Under the pieces are notes generated by a model. The model was not told the origin of the DNA. It searched no databases and was given only the letters and a program-made list of their open reading frames with translations. Below, piece after piece: positions 20,351 to 30,258 of a DNA stretch of 64,000 nt (position 1 is the stretch's first letter; each line of letters begins with the position of its first letter). Origin of the DNA: Acidobacteriota bacterium (lineage in GTDB: Bacteria; Acidobacteriota; Thermoanaerobaculia; Multivoradales; J023). The position numbers and the translations under genes are program-made. The stretch lies in contig JBCCVZ010000009.1 in the NCBI GenBank assembly GCA_039194425.1, forward strand, positions 80,997 to 144,996. Reading direction: 5' to 3'.

Positions 20351-20386
20351 TTCGTCGCGCGCTGGCTGGTGTGGTTGCGCGTGGTC

Positions 20387-20524
20387 TTACGATCGTCCCC
20401 GTCCGATGGTCCGCGGGCGTCGCGGCACGCGAACGGGCGCCGGCACCATCGGTCGGCACAGCGGCAGCGCGAGGGCCACGAGCACGGCGACGGACACGAC
20501 GGAGAATGCGGCGACGATCGACAT
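20387..20524 (-). CDS. possible single-pass membrane microprotein (45 aa)
   Basis: ATG at 20524: MSIVAAFSVVSVAVLVALALPLCRP + basic tail RVPRRPRTIGRGRS. Lies between the Cys-rich peptide gene and the terminator. No clear RBS. Confidence 0.3.
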   Translation of the reverse strand: MSIVAAFSVVSVAVLVALALPLCRPMVPAPVRVPRRPRTIGRGRS

Positions 20525-20623
20525 CACACCAGAGCGTACGGCAGCCATCGCCGGGCTGTCAAGCGTCGCCCCGGCGACGAGCACCGCGGTCGACCGCTGA
20601 GTGTCCCGACGTCTTCCCTCGGC

Positions 20624-20968
20624 TCAGCGAAGGTCGCAGAAGCAGTGGCCGGAGGGGAAGCACTGCGGGAGATAGGTCGCGCAGTTTCTGGACAGGCAGT
20701 TGTTGCGGCAGCCGGTCTGGGAAATACAGGGAAAGAATCCGCAGGTCCCGAAGCTGGTCGTCGCAATCTCGAGCGACTTCGCGAAGTCGAGTGGGAAGAT
20801 CACATCCTCAGCCTCTTGATCTGGAGTCGCTGCGACCTCGTCGGCCACGATCTCGAGCTGTGGCTCGGCCACGTCAGTCACCGTCGAGAGGGTCTCGAAG
20901 TCGCTAGCGAAGCAGGGGATCGCAAAGAGGATGAGAACGGCGGCGAGGGGGAACAGACGAAGGGTCAT
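20624..20968 (-). CDS. secreted pre-pro-type cysteine-rich small protein (114 aa; 8 Cys in the last 40 aa)
   Basis: ATG at 20968 preceded by AAGGTGG (complement of 20974-20980, spacer 5). Signal peptide MTLRLFPLAAVLILFAIPCFA. Acidic ~50-aa middle region. C-terminus TCGFFPCISQTGCRNNCLSRNCATYLPQCFPSGHCFCDLR. The local line sampled is 58% GC. Confidence 0.7.
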   Translation of the reverse strand: MTLRLFPLAAVLILFAIPCFASDFETLSTVTDVAEPQLEIVADEVAATPDQEAEDVIFPLDFAKSLEIATTSFGTCGFFPCISQTGCRNNCLSRNCATYLPQCFPSGHCFCDLR

Positions 20969-21155
20969 CGAGACCACCTTTCACAGGGACCAGCCCACCA
21001 ACTTCGGGGCTCCCTCAGCCGGCGAACTGGCAGGTTGAATGTTTATTGAAACTATCTCAGGCCAGAAAAATCGGCAACTCCTGACGGCGCCAAACCAGGC
21101 CGCGCAACGGGCGAGCGCGGCCACCGCGTGTGCTCGACCGCGGTAGACTCCCGCC

Positions 21156-21971
21156 ATGCCGACGATCGAACGTCAGACGCAGAACGGGCCGCTCGAGATC
21201 TACTACGAGGCGCACGGGGAGCGCGGGGCGCCGGTGGTGATCCTCGGACACAGCTTCCTGTGCTCGGGGGAGATGTGGCGGGAGCAAGTGCCGGTGCTGG
21301 CGCGCCGCTATCGGGTGCTCAACGTCGACTTTCGCGGCCACGGGCGGAGTGGCCAGGTCACGGCGCCGTTTCGCATCGTCGACCTGGCCGACGACCTGGC
21401 GGCCGTGCTCGACGCCGAGGACGTCGACACCGCGGTGTGGGGCGGGCTGTCGATCGGCGGCATGACGGCGATGCGGGCGGCGCTGCGCCACGCCTCGCGG
21501 GTCAACGCCCTGCTCATCCTCGACTCGCATGCCGGCGTCGATCCGGCGTGGAAACGAATCAAGTATCGCGCCCTCGCCCTCGGCGGTCGGCTGATCGGTC
21601 TCAGGCCGTTCGTTCCGGCGATCACGCCGCTGATGTTCGGCGTCACCACGCGGCGCGAGCGTCCGGAGCTGGTGCGCGAGTGGGAGGCCCGTTTCGCCGG
21701 TCTGCACATGCCGTCGATCTGGCACGGCGTCGGCGCGCTCAACCGCCGACGCTCGCGCACCGAGCAGTTGCCGGGCATCCAGGTGCCGGCGCTCGTGCTC
21801 GTCGGCACCGAGGATCTTGCGCTGCCGCCGCGCTACTCGGAAGAGCTCGCCCGCGCCCTGCCGCGCGCCGAGCTGGTGACGGTCCCGCAAGCCGGCCACC
21901 TGGCGGCGCTCGAGCAGCCGGAGGTCGTAACGACGGCGCTCGAAGACTTCCTCGAGCGCCACGCCGCGTAA
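21156..21971 (+). CDS. alpha/beta-fold hydrolase (3-oxoadipate enol-lactonase-like)
   Basis: VVILGHSFLCSG, nucleophile elbow GLSIGGM, C-terminal GHLAALEQPE. Confidence 0.85.
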   Translation: MPTIERQTQNGPLEIYYEAHGERGAPVVILGHSFLCSGEMWREQVPVLARRYRVLNVDFRGHGRSGQVTAPFRIVDLADDLAAVLDAEDVDTAVWGGLSIGGMTAMRAALRHASRVNALLILDSHAGVDPAWKRIKYRALALGGRLIGLRPFVPAITPLMFGVTTRRERPELVREWEARFAGLHMPSIWHGVGALNRRRSRTEQLPGIQVPALVLVGTEDLALPPRYSEELARALPRAELVTVPQAGHLAALEQPEVVTTALEDFLERHAA

Positions 21972-21978
21972 CACCCTG

Positions 21979-23391
21979 TCAGTCGATCGTGAAGCTCTGC
22001 AGCTCGACTGGAATCACGCCGGTGAGGTCGATGGAGAAGAAACCTTGACCGGTGCGGGTTCCGGAACCGTCCTTGATCGTCGCCACCAGGTAGAGCAACC
22101 CGGCGTCGGTGAGATGCGCGTCGTCGTTGCCAAAAGTGTCGAAGAACGCATCGTCGTCGAACAAGCCGTCGCCGTCGAGGTCGATCGGATCGCTTTCGCG
22201 CACGATCTCGGTGGTGCCGTTGAGCGCCAGCACCCCGTTGACGTCGCTGGCCGCATCGGTGACGCCGCCGACCACGAAGTCGCCGGCGCTGTTGGCGACG
22301 TGGAGGAAGTAGCAGTCGCTGAAGTCTGTGTCGTCCCAGCGCTCGACGGCGCCGCCGATGAACGGCGTGCCGGTCTGGGCCACCACGGCGCCGTCGACCA
22401 GCACCCAGTCGAGCCCGTCGTCGTTGTCACCACGCACCATCCAGACGCCGCTGGCGGACATGTGCACTCCCTGCACCGAATCGACCGGCGAGACGAAGCC
22501 CGAGCCCGCCACGACGACGCCCTCTTGCACCACGACCTCGCGATCGACCACGACGACATCGTCCGTCGCGGTGGCGCCCGTCAGATCGCCTTGTGCGATC
22601 CAGCGGGCACCGTCGGCCGAGACCCACGCGTCGTTGACGTCGAAGTTCTCCCACACTTCGGTACCGACCTGGCCGAGCGGCGACTCACCCTCGCGTGCCA
22701 GCAAACCCGAGCCGAAGAGGAACGCCTCGTTCTCGGCAGTCGGCACGCCGCCGAGGCTGTCGCTCACCAGACCCACCGTGCCGTCGGCGGCAATCTGGGC
22801 GCTCTCGAGCGTCGAGCCCCACGTGGCACCGGGGATCGCCGCGACCGGCTGCCCTTCGTGGGCGACAGCGGCCAGTACTCCGGCCGTCGAGCGGACGATG
22901 TACTCGTCGGCACCGGTGGGCCCGTCGGTGTTGGTGGCGAAGACCCAGTCACCGGAGTCGTTGACCCCACAGCGTGTCTCGAGGCTTCCGATCGCCTCGG
23001 TGCCCCCGGTCCAGCTCGCCGGATCGCCCTCGACCGCACCGAGCATGCTGTCGACGACCAAGACTTCGTCGGTGCCCGCCGGGCGGTCGGTGTCGGCGGT
23101 GAGAATCCAGAGTCCGCTCGGGCTGCCGAACACCCGATCGAATTGGGTCGTTCCCGTGCCGGGCTGAAAGCTGGCGCCGGGCAGACCAGGGACCGCCGAG
23201 CTCGGGTCGCCGGCGAGATTCGTGAAGATCACGCTGACCTGGAAGGGGCCGCCGGTGATCTGGTCGACAATCGCGGCCGGCGGCGTACTGTCGGCGGTCT
23301 CGGAGTCCTGCGCCGAAGCGGCCACAGCACCGAGAAGAGCGACGAAGAGAGCGAGCACGGTCCGGCGGCCTGCACACTGGTCGGAGACCAT
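21979..23391 (-). CDS. secreted repeat protein (NxxGxxxF-type repeats)
   Basis: Start trimmed to ATG 23391 (MVSDQCAGRRTVLALFVALLGAVAASAQD signal peptide). Recurrent NDSGDWVF / ADGTVGLV / ADGARWIA / ASGVWMV / NSAGDFVV units. Ends with ...GVIPVELQSFTID. Confidence 0.7.
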   Translation of the reverse strand: MVSDQCAGRRTVLALFVALLGAVAASAQDSETADSTPPAAIVDQITGGPFQVSVIFTNLAGDPSSAVPGLPGASFQPGTGTTQFDRVFGSPSGLWILTADTDRPAGTDEVLVVDSMLGAVEGDPASWTGGTEAIGSLETRCGVNDSGDWVFATNTDGPTGADEYIVRSTAGVLAAVAHEGQPVAAIPGATWGSTLESAQIAADGTVGLVSDSLGGVPTAENEAFLFGSGLLAREGESPLGQVGTEVWENFDVNDAWVSADGARWIAQGDLTGATATDDVVVVDREVVVQEGVVVAGSGFVSPVDSVQGVHMSASGVWMVRGDNDDGLDWVLVDGAVVAQTGTPFIGGAVERWDDTDFSDCYFLHVANSAGDFVVGGVTDAASDVNGVLALNGTTEIVRESDPIDLDGDGLFDDDAFFDTFGNDDAHLTDAGLLYLVATIKDGSGTRTGQGFFSIDLTGVIPVELQSFTID

Positions 23392-23420
23392 CCAGAGTCC
23401 TCCGAGGACGCGCTGGGAAG

Positions 23421-23975
23421 TTGGCAGGAAGATCGTCAGGATCTCTTGAGTATACAAAGCGGACGCTGGCACCTTTGAAGACAAACTCTCCCGTTCCACT
23501 GCGCCTCGCGGCACTCGCGGCACTCGCGGTCGGAGGCCTGTTCCTCGTTCCGGGGGCAGGCGGCCTGGTGGTGCTCGTCGCACTTCCGTTGCCTGTCGTG
23601 CTGATGGCGCTGGGAGCGCGCCATGCCGGCGCGCCGCGCTGGCTCGGCGCGTTCTTCGCCCTGCTCGCCCTGTGGCTGGAGGCCGTGGCGGTGGCCTTGC
23701 TGATGCTGCGGGGCGAGGTCGCCGGGAGCTCCTGGATCGGTGGTCTCCCGGCCGCTCTCGCCGTACAGATCTACGGCCTGTGCTTGATTCCCCTGCCGCT
23801 CGTCGCTCTCGCCTACGCGCTCGCGTTCACCGACGACGGAAGAAACGACTCCGCAAGCACCGAGACTGAAACCACCGAGACCGCAACAACCGAGACCGTG
23901 AGCCCCGATCCCGCGAGCCCTGATCCCACGAGCGCCGGGCCCGAAGACCCTGACCGCGCGGAGCCGGCCGGATGA
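23421..23975 (+). CDS. polytopic small membrane protein translationally coupled to the symporter; start uncertain
   Basis: Four hydrophobic helices, then a T/E/P/S-rich tail (TETETTETATTETVSPDPASPDPTS). The stop overlaps the symporter ATG (ATGA at 23972-23975). TTG start per the track; a later start is possible. Confidence 0.6.
   Translation: MAGRSSGSLEYTKRTLAPLKTNSPVPLRLAALAALAVGGLFLVPGAGGLVVLVALPLPVVLMALGARHAGAPRWLGAFFALLALWLEAVAVALLMLRGEVAGSSWIGGLPAALAVQIYGLCLIPLPLVALAYALAFTDDGRNDSASTETETTETATTETVSPDPASPDPTSAGPEDPDRAEPAG
23859..23930. repeat. 15-bp periodic in-frame repeats (3 + 2 copies) in the tail of the membrane protein
   Basis: accgagac recurs at 23859, 23874 and 23889 (period 15). 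agccccgatcccgcg / agccctgatcccacg at 23901-23930. Confidence 0.85.
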
Positions 23976-25501
23976 GCCTCGACCGTCCGTGGATTCTCGC
24001 CGGGGCCCTGGCTTACCTCGGTCTCGTGCTGCTGATCGGCCTGTGGTCGCTCGGGCGCACGCGCAACGCACGCGACTTTTTCATCGCCGGCCAGGGCGCC
24101 GGCCTCGCGGTCACCGCCCTGGGCACGATGGCGGCGGCGTTCTCGGGCTTTCTCTTCATCGGCGGCCCGGGTCTCACGTACCGCCTCGGCGTCGGGTCCT
24201 TCTTCATCGCCCTGCCGGTGAGCCTCACCGGCGGCCTGCTCTGCTGGTCAGTCGGCCGGCGACTCAGGCGCCTCGCCGCGGTGCGCGAGGTCTACACCGT
24301 GCCGGACGTGGTGCTCGCACGCTGGGGCTCGCGCCGCGCCGCCGCCCTCGCCGCACTCGCCGTGCTGGTCGGCAGCGTCGCCTACCTCGGCGCACAGCTG
24401 CTGGCGCTCGCCGTGCTGCTCGACTCGATCTTCGGCCTGTCGAACCTCTTCGGCGGCGCCGGGCTCCCGCTGGCGATGATCGTCGGCGTCGTCGTGATCA
24501 CGCTCTACTCGACCGCCGGCGGCATGGTCGCCGGCGTCTACACCGATGGCTTCCAGGGCTTGTTGATGCTCCTCGCCGCCGGCGGCGTCGTCCACTACGC
24601 CCTCGAGTCGGGGGGCGGCGCCGCGTCGATCACGCGGCGGATCGCCACCAGCTCGGCCTTCGACGCCGGCTTCCTCGACCCGCTCGGCGGCCCGCTCGGC
24701 ATGCTCGGCGCCATGGGCTTTTTTCTCGTGTTCAGCCTCGGTGTCCTCGGGCAGCCACAAATGCTGCACAAATTCTTCATGCTCGACGACGAGCGCAAGC
24801 TGCGCTGGATGCCCCTGGTGCTCGGCGGATCCCAGGCCCTGGTTGTGCTGCTCTGGCTGGCGATCGGCCTGGCGGTACCGGCGCTCGTCGCCTCGGGACG
24901 CCTCGAGCCGCTCGCCGTCGCCGACGAGGCGGCCCCGCGCTTCCTGCTCGGCTTCGTGCCCGACGCCCTCGCCGGCCTGGTCTTCGCCGGCGTCTTGGCG
25001 GCGATCATGTCGACGGCCGACTCGTTCGTGAATCTCGCAGCCGCGGCGCTGGTGCGCGATTTGCCCCAGGCGGCCGGCCTGCGGCCACGCCACCAGCTGG
25101 CGTGGGGCCGATTGGTCTCGCTGCTGCTGCCGGCCGCCGCCGGCCTCGCGGCGCTGGCCTCGGGCGAGCTCGTCGCCCTGCTCGGCACCTTCGCCTTCGG
25201 AATCTTCGGTGCCGCGCTCGCGCCGACTCTGGCCATCGGCCTCGGCTGGCGACGGATCTCGGCGCGCGCGGCGCGCTGGTCGATCGGCGGCGGCCTGGCG
25301 CTCAGCCTCGGTCTCGAAGCGTCGACCCGCGGCCTCCTCCCCGGCGTTCCCGCGGTGTCGCTGCCCGCCGCGGCGCCGTCGCTGCTGGCGCTGGCGGGCT
25401 CGTTCGCACTGCTTTTCTGGGTTGCCTCACTCGACGACCCGGCAGCCGACCCGGACGACCATGAACCACCCCCGGACATCGCCGCCGCGCTCGAGCTCTG
25501 A
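23972..25501 (+). CDS. sodium:solute symporter family (SSS) transporter
   Basis: About 13 TM helices. SSS-like segments FFIAGQGAGLAVTALGTMAAAFSGFLFIGGPG, YTVPDVVLARWG, AAIMSTADSFVN. Confidence 0.85.
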   Translation: MSLDRPWILAGALAYLGLVLLIGLWSLGRTRNARDFFIAGQGAGLAVTALGTMAAAFSGFLFIGGPGLTYRLGVGSFFIALPVSLTGGLLCWSVGRRLRRLAAVREVYTVPDVVLARWGSRRAAALAALAVLVGSVAYLGAQLLALAVLLDSIFGLSNLFGGAGLPLAMIVGVVVITLYSTAGGMVAGVYTDGFQGLLMLLAAGGVVHYALESGGGAASITRRIATSSAFDAGFLDPLGGPLGMLGAMGFFLVFSLGVLGQPQMLHKFFMLDDERKLRWMPLVLGGSQALVVLLWLAIGLAVPALVASGRLEPLAVADEAAPRFLLGFVPDALAGLVFAGVLAAIMSTADSFVNLAAAALVRDLPQAAGLRPRHQLAWGRLVSLLLPAAAGLAALASGELVALLGTFAFGIFGAALAPTLAIGLGWRRISARAARWSIGGGLALSLGLEASTRGLLPGVPAVSLPAAAPSLLALAGSFALLFWVASLDDPAADPDDHEPPPDIAAALEL

Positions 25502-25508
25502 GCGGCGC

Positions 25509-26195
25509 CTACATCTCCGTCGCCAGGCGACGCGCCAGCTCGTTGCCGACCGCCGCCTCGACCTCTCGTCGACTCGACAGCTCGCCGGCACGCAGGCGCA
25601 CCAGAGCGCCCTGCATCGACTCGGTCAACGCGCGCAGCGTCGCATCGCGACGGGAGCGATCGCTCCCAAGCCGGGAATCCTGCGCGGCGACGGGCTCGAT
25701 CGCGGGCGCGGCGCCGGCCTCCAGACGCCACCCCCCGCCTCGACGGCGCGCGACCAGCTGATGCTCCGCGCCGTCGGCGGCCCGCGCCACGAGCAGTGCC
25801 TGAGTCTCGCGGGACCCCGGTGGATCGCTCGACACCACCGACAGGCGGAGCGGCGCCGGGCGAGCCCGCTCCGAGTCTTCGACGCCGAAGCGCGCCCGCA
25901 TCGCGGCGCCGAGAGCCAGGCTGGTGCGCGCATAGTCCTCGAGCAGATCGAGGCGCGCACGCAGCACCGGGTCGTCGGTCTCGAGAGCGTCGAAGTAGGC
26001 GGCGAGGTCGGGCGGCGTCGCGGCGAACGCTGCGTTCAGCCGGTCGACGAAACGCTGCAATGCGACGTCTTCCTTCACGCCCTCTCGCCCGCCGAATCCA
26101 CTGAGTGCCACCAGCCCGCAGGTGAGCGCGCAAACGAGGAACCACAGACGCAGAGACGCTGGCAGAGTGGGCAGATCACGTGGGACGACGGACAT
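25509..26195 (-). CDS. membrane-anchored hypothetical protein
   Basis: ATG 26195 (MSVVPRDLPTLPASLRLWFLVCALTCGLVAL TM helix). The remainder is soluble and Ala/Arg/Leu-rich but not a shadow of any opposite gene. GTG 26225 is an alternative start. Confidence 0.5.
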   Translation of the reverse strand: MSVVPRDLPTLPASLRLWFLVCALTCGLVALSGFGGREGVKEDVALQRFVDRLNAAFAATPPDLAAYFDALETDDPVLRARLDLLEDYARTSLALGAAMRARFGVEDSERARPAPLRLSVVSSDPPGSRETQALLVARAADGAEHQLVARRRGGGWRLEAGAAPAIEPVAAQDSRLGSDRSRRDATLRALTESMQGALVRLRAGELSSRREVEAAVGNELARRLATEM

Positions 26196-26467
26196 TTGCA
26201 CCCCAGGATTCGACGGTCGAACCAATCATTCGCTGCTCAGATCATCGCGCGAAATCGGCACCCAAAGACTCATCGAGCCGCCCCACGCACCTTCGACTCC
26301 GCCGCAAGTCTGCATGGTAAGAATTGACCGTCAACCTTCGGAGGATCGATGGCGTCGAAACCAGAGTCTTTGCAACGGAAGATCGAAGATTTCCTTCGAA
26401 CGAAGGGATGGACCGAGTGAATCGCCTACGCGAGTCCGGGCGTCTCGCCCCCCGGACCTGAGCGACG

Positions 26468-26911
26468 ATGACGAACCAACCATCGAGCCCCCGCGCCACC
26501 GACACCTCCAAGCGCGCCGAGATCCGCGACTTGATCGCAGCCGTCGACCGCGCCTGGCTCGACGCCGAGCCCGAGCGCCTGGCCGACAGCTTCCACGAGC
26601 GCGTCGTGTTCGAAGCACCCGGCTTCATCGGCCGCATCGTCGGCCGTGAAGACTGTCTCGACTCCTACCGCCAGTTCGTCGACCAGGCGACGATCGACCG
26701 CTTCGAGACCGGCACACCCCAGGTCGACGTCTTCGGCCCGACCGCCGTCGCCGTGCGCAGCCTCGACATCGAATACACGCTGGCCAACGAGACCCACCGC
26801 GAGCGCGCGCACGAGGCGATCACTTTGACGCGGGCGCGGCGGCGCGGTGGGTCGGTCTGGCTGATCGTCTGGCGGTTGATCGAGACCGCCGAAGAGCAGC
26901 CACCACGGTGA
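26468..26911 (+). CDS. SnoaL-like / DUF4440 (NTF2 fold) protein
   Basis: IRDLIAAVDRAWLDAEPERLADSFHERVVF...WLIVWR pattern typical of NTF2-like proteins. The stop overlaps the next start (26908). Confidence 0.6.
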   Translation: MTNQPSSPRATDTSKRAEIRDLIAAVDRAWLDAEPERLADSFHERVVFEAPGFIGRIVGREDCLDSYRQFVDQATIDRFETGTPQVDVFGPTAVAVRSLDIEYTLANETHRERAHEAITLTRARRRGGSVWLIVWRLIETAEEQPPR

Positions 26912-27585
26912 GCGAGCCCGAAGCACCGCCGCAGACCGCAACGCAGCGAGCCAAACCGCAGCAAACCAGACTGCCGCTGCCCGAGCCGCCGCCCGACGAG
27001 CCCTTCGCGCTGCTCGCGCGCTGGCTGGTGATCGCCGAGCGCCACGAGCGCCATGCCCGCGCCGCCTGCCTGGCCACGATCGAGACCGCGGACCACGAGA
27101 CCGAGCCCGCGGCCGATGCGCGGATCGTCCTCGTCCACGGCGACCTGGCGCGCGGCGAGGTCCTGCTCGGCACCGACGACCGCTCGCCGAAAGCGCGCCA
27201 GACGCAGACGGCGCCGCGCGTCGCGCTGGTCTTCCACTGGCGCCACCTCGACGCGCAGGTACGCCTCCGCGGCATCGCCGGGCGAGCGTTCGACGCCGAA
27301 GACGACCAAACCTTCGAGGATCGCCCGCGCCGTAGCCGGGCCGTCGCCTGGGCGTCGCGCCAGAGCGCGGTCCTCGTCGACCCGGACGAGCTCGCGCGGC
27401 GCGTCGCCGCGGTCGACGAACGCTTTGCGGCGGCGGAGCAGATTCCGCGCCCGCCGACCTGGCGCGCGCTACGGGTCGCCGTCGACGAGGTCGAGCTGTG
27501 GCGCGCCGGAGCCCGGCGCCTGCACCGGCGACTGCGCTGGCGCCTCGCCGGCGACGCCTGGCGCTGCGAGCGGCTCGAGCCGTGA
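26908..27585 (+). CDS. pdxH: pyridoxamine 5'-phosphate oxidase-like FMN-binding protein
   Basis: RIVLVHGDL, ALVFHWRHLDAQVRLRG, FEDRPRRSRAVAWASRQS, IPRPPTWRALRVAVDEVELW resemble PdxH (canonical segments such as WGGY.. / ..EFWQ.. are degenerate here). Confidence 0.65.
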   Translation: MSEPEAPPQTATQRAKPQQTRLPLPEPPPDEPFALLARWLVIAERHERHARAACLATIETADHETEPAADARIVLVHGDLARGEVLLGTDDRSPKARQTQTAPRVALVFHWRHLDAQVRLRGIAGRAFDAEDDQTFEDRPRRSRAVAWASRQSAVLVDPDELARRVAAVDERFAAAEQIPRPPTWRALRVAVDEVELWRAGARRLHRRLRWRLAGDAWRCERLEP

Positions 27586-27589
27586 AGAG

Positions 27590-28381
27590 ATGAACGTCTT
27601 CGACGCCCACCTGCACATCATCGACCCGCGCTTTCCGCTGGTGCCGAACCAGGGCTACACGCCACCGGCCTTCGACGTCGAGACCTACCGCCGGCGCGTC
27701 GCCGCGCTCCTGACCGATCACCGACCGATCGGTGGCGCCGTCGTCTCGGGCTCGTTCCAGGCCTTCGACCAGAGCTACCTGGTGACCGCGCTGGAGCGCC
27801 TCGGACCACGCTACGTCGGCGTCACCCAGCTGCCGCCCGAGGTCACGGACGCCGAGATCCTGCGCCTCGATGCCGTCGGCGTCCGCGCTCTACGCTTCAA
27901 TCTGCGCCGCGGAGGCTCGGCCACCGTGCGCGACCTGCGGCGTTTCGCCGCGCGAATCGACGAGCTGGCCGGCTGGCATGTCGAGCTCTACGTCACCGGC
28001 GACGATCTCGAAGCTCTCGAGCCGACCCTGAAGACGCTGCCACGCGTCGTCGTCGATCACCTCGGCCTGCGCCGCGCCGGTCTGGCGGCCCTCCAGCGCC
28101 TGGTCGATCACGGGATCCAGGTCAAAGCGACCGGCTTCGGCCGCCTCGACTTCGACCCGCGGCCTGTGCTGCGGAGCCTGGCCGACGCGGCGCCTCAGGC
28201 GCTTCTCTTCGGCACCGACTTGCCGTCGACCCGGGCACCGCGCCCGTTCGAAGGCGGCGATCTCGAGCTGCTCGTCGAGGCACTGACGCCGGAGCAAGCG
28301 GAACTGGCGCTCTGGCGCAACGCCGTCACGCTCTATCGACCGGCTGAACGGGCCGAGACTTCGACGACGCAGAGCGCATAG
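27590..28381 (+). CDS. amidohydrolase 2 family metal-dependent hydrolase
   Basis: ATG 27590: MNVFDAHLHIIDPRFP (HxH metal motif)...VVDHLG. The first 179 aa of track ORF 27053..28381 overlap pdxH and were discarded. Confidence 0.75.
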   Translation: MNVFDAHLHIIDPRFPLVPNQGYTPPAFDVETYRRRVAALLTDHRPIGGAVVSGSFQAFDQSYLVTALERLGPRYVGVTQLPPEVTDAEILRLDAVGVRALRFNLRRGGSATVRDLRRFAARIDELAGWHVELYVTGDDLEALEPTLKTLPRVVVDHLGLRRAGLAALQRLVDHGIQVKATGFGRLDFDPRPVLRSLADAAPQALLFGTDLPSTRAPRPFEGGDLELLVEALTPEQAELALWRNAVTLYRPAERAETSTTQSA

Positions 28382-28420
28382 ACAGAGCCTCTCGACCGCC
28401 GATAGACTGGGTGCGGCATC

Positions 28421-29932
<1,512 letters not shown>

Positions 29933-29972
29933 GGCTCCGCTCGGGCTCGCGCCTGCGGCATCACGCCGCATG

Positions 29973-29989
29973 TGCGACAAGATGCCGCA
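29973..29989. promoter_or_regulatory. candidate enhancer (UAS) half-palindrome 1
   Basis: TGCGACA-aga-TGCCGCA, one mismatch from a perfect inverted repeat. About 205 bp upstream of the -24 element. Confidence 0.5.
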
Positions 29990-30054
29990 AGTGGCCTCTT
30001 CGAGCTGAAGAATCAGCACCTCCGAGCCGCTGATTGAGCTCTTCAAGGGAATTA

Positions 30055-30071
30055 TGCGACATTTTGTCGCA
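30055..30071. promoter_or_regulatory. candidate enhancer (UAS) palindrome 2
   Basis: TGCGACA-ttt-TGTCGCA, a perfect 7-3-7 inverted repeat. About 125 bp upstream of the -24 element and 82 bp centre-to-centre from site 1. Confidence 0.55.
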
Positions 30072-30182
30072 TTGCCGTTTCGGGACTCGGTCGCCTCGAC
30101 GCGAGCCCGACCCCGAGAAAAGCCGCCGATCACGGCACGAAGAGGACCGATCGTCCCACGCCGACGACTCCGGGTGCGGGGT

Positions 30183-30198
30183 TGGCAGCACTCTTGCT
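30183..30198 (+). promoter_or_regulatory. sigma-54 (-24/-12) promoter
   Basis: TGGCAG-cactc-TTGCT: GG at 30084+100 (30184-30185) and GC at 30196-30197, exactly the consensus TGGCAC-N5-TTGCW spacing. 61 nt upstream of the micro-ORF ATG, immediately downstream of the EBP gene. Confidence 0.75.
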
Positions 30199-30258
30199 CT
30201 TTCAGGGGGCGTTCATCGCAGACTCGACTCCGGGTCGCCGTCCACTGAGGAGACTCTC

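Noticed and set aside
21030-21075. AT-rich patch (ggttgaatgtttattgaaactatctcagg) in the divergent intergenic region between the Cys-rich peptide gene and the alpha/beta hydrolase gene
   Set aside because: Likely holds sigma-70-type promoters, since TTGAAT/TTGAAA hexamers are present. I could not assign a convincing -35/-10 pair with correct spacing for either direction, so it is not called as a feature.
26349-26420. 23-codon ORF (MASKPESLQRKIEDFLRTKGWTE) after a GGAGGA in the low-GC leader upstream of the SnoaL-pdxH-amidohydrolase operon, containing a CCTTCG-aa-CGAAGG hairpin
   Set aside because: The SD-to-ATG spacing is only 3-4 nt, the peptide has no distinguishing feature, and conservation cannot be tested here. 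Kept as a note only. It could be checked by ribosome profiling or comparative alignment.
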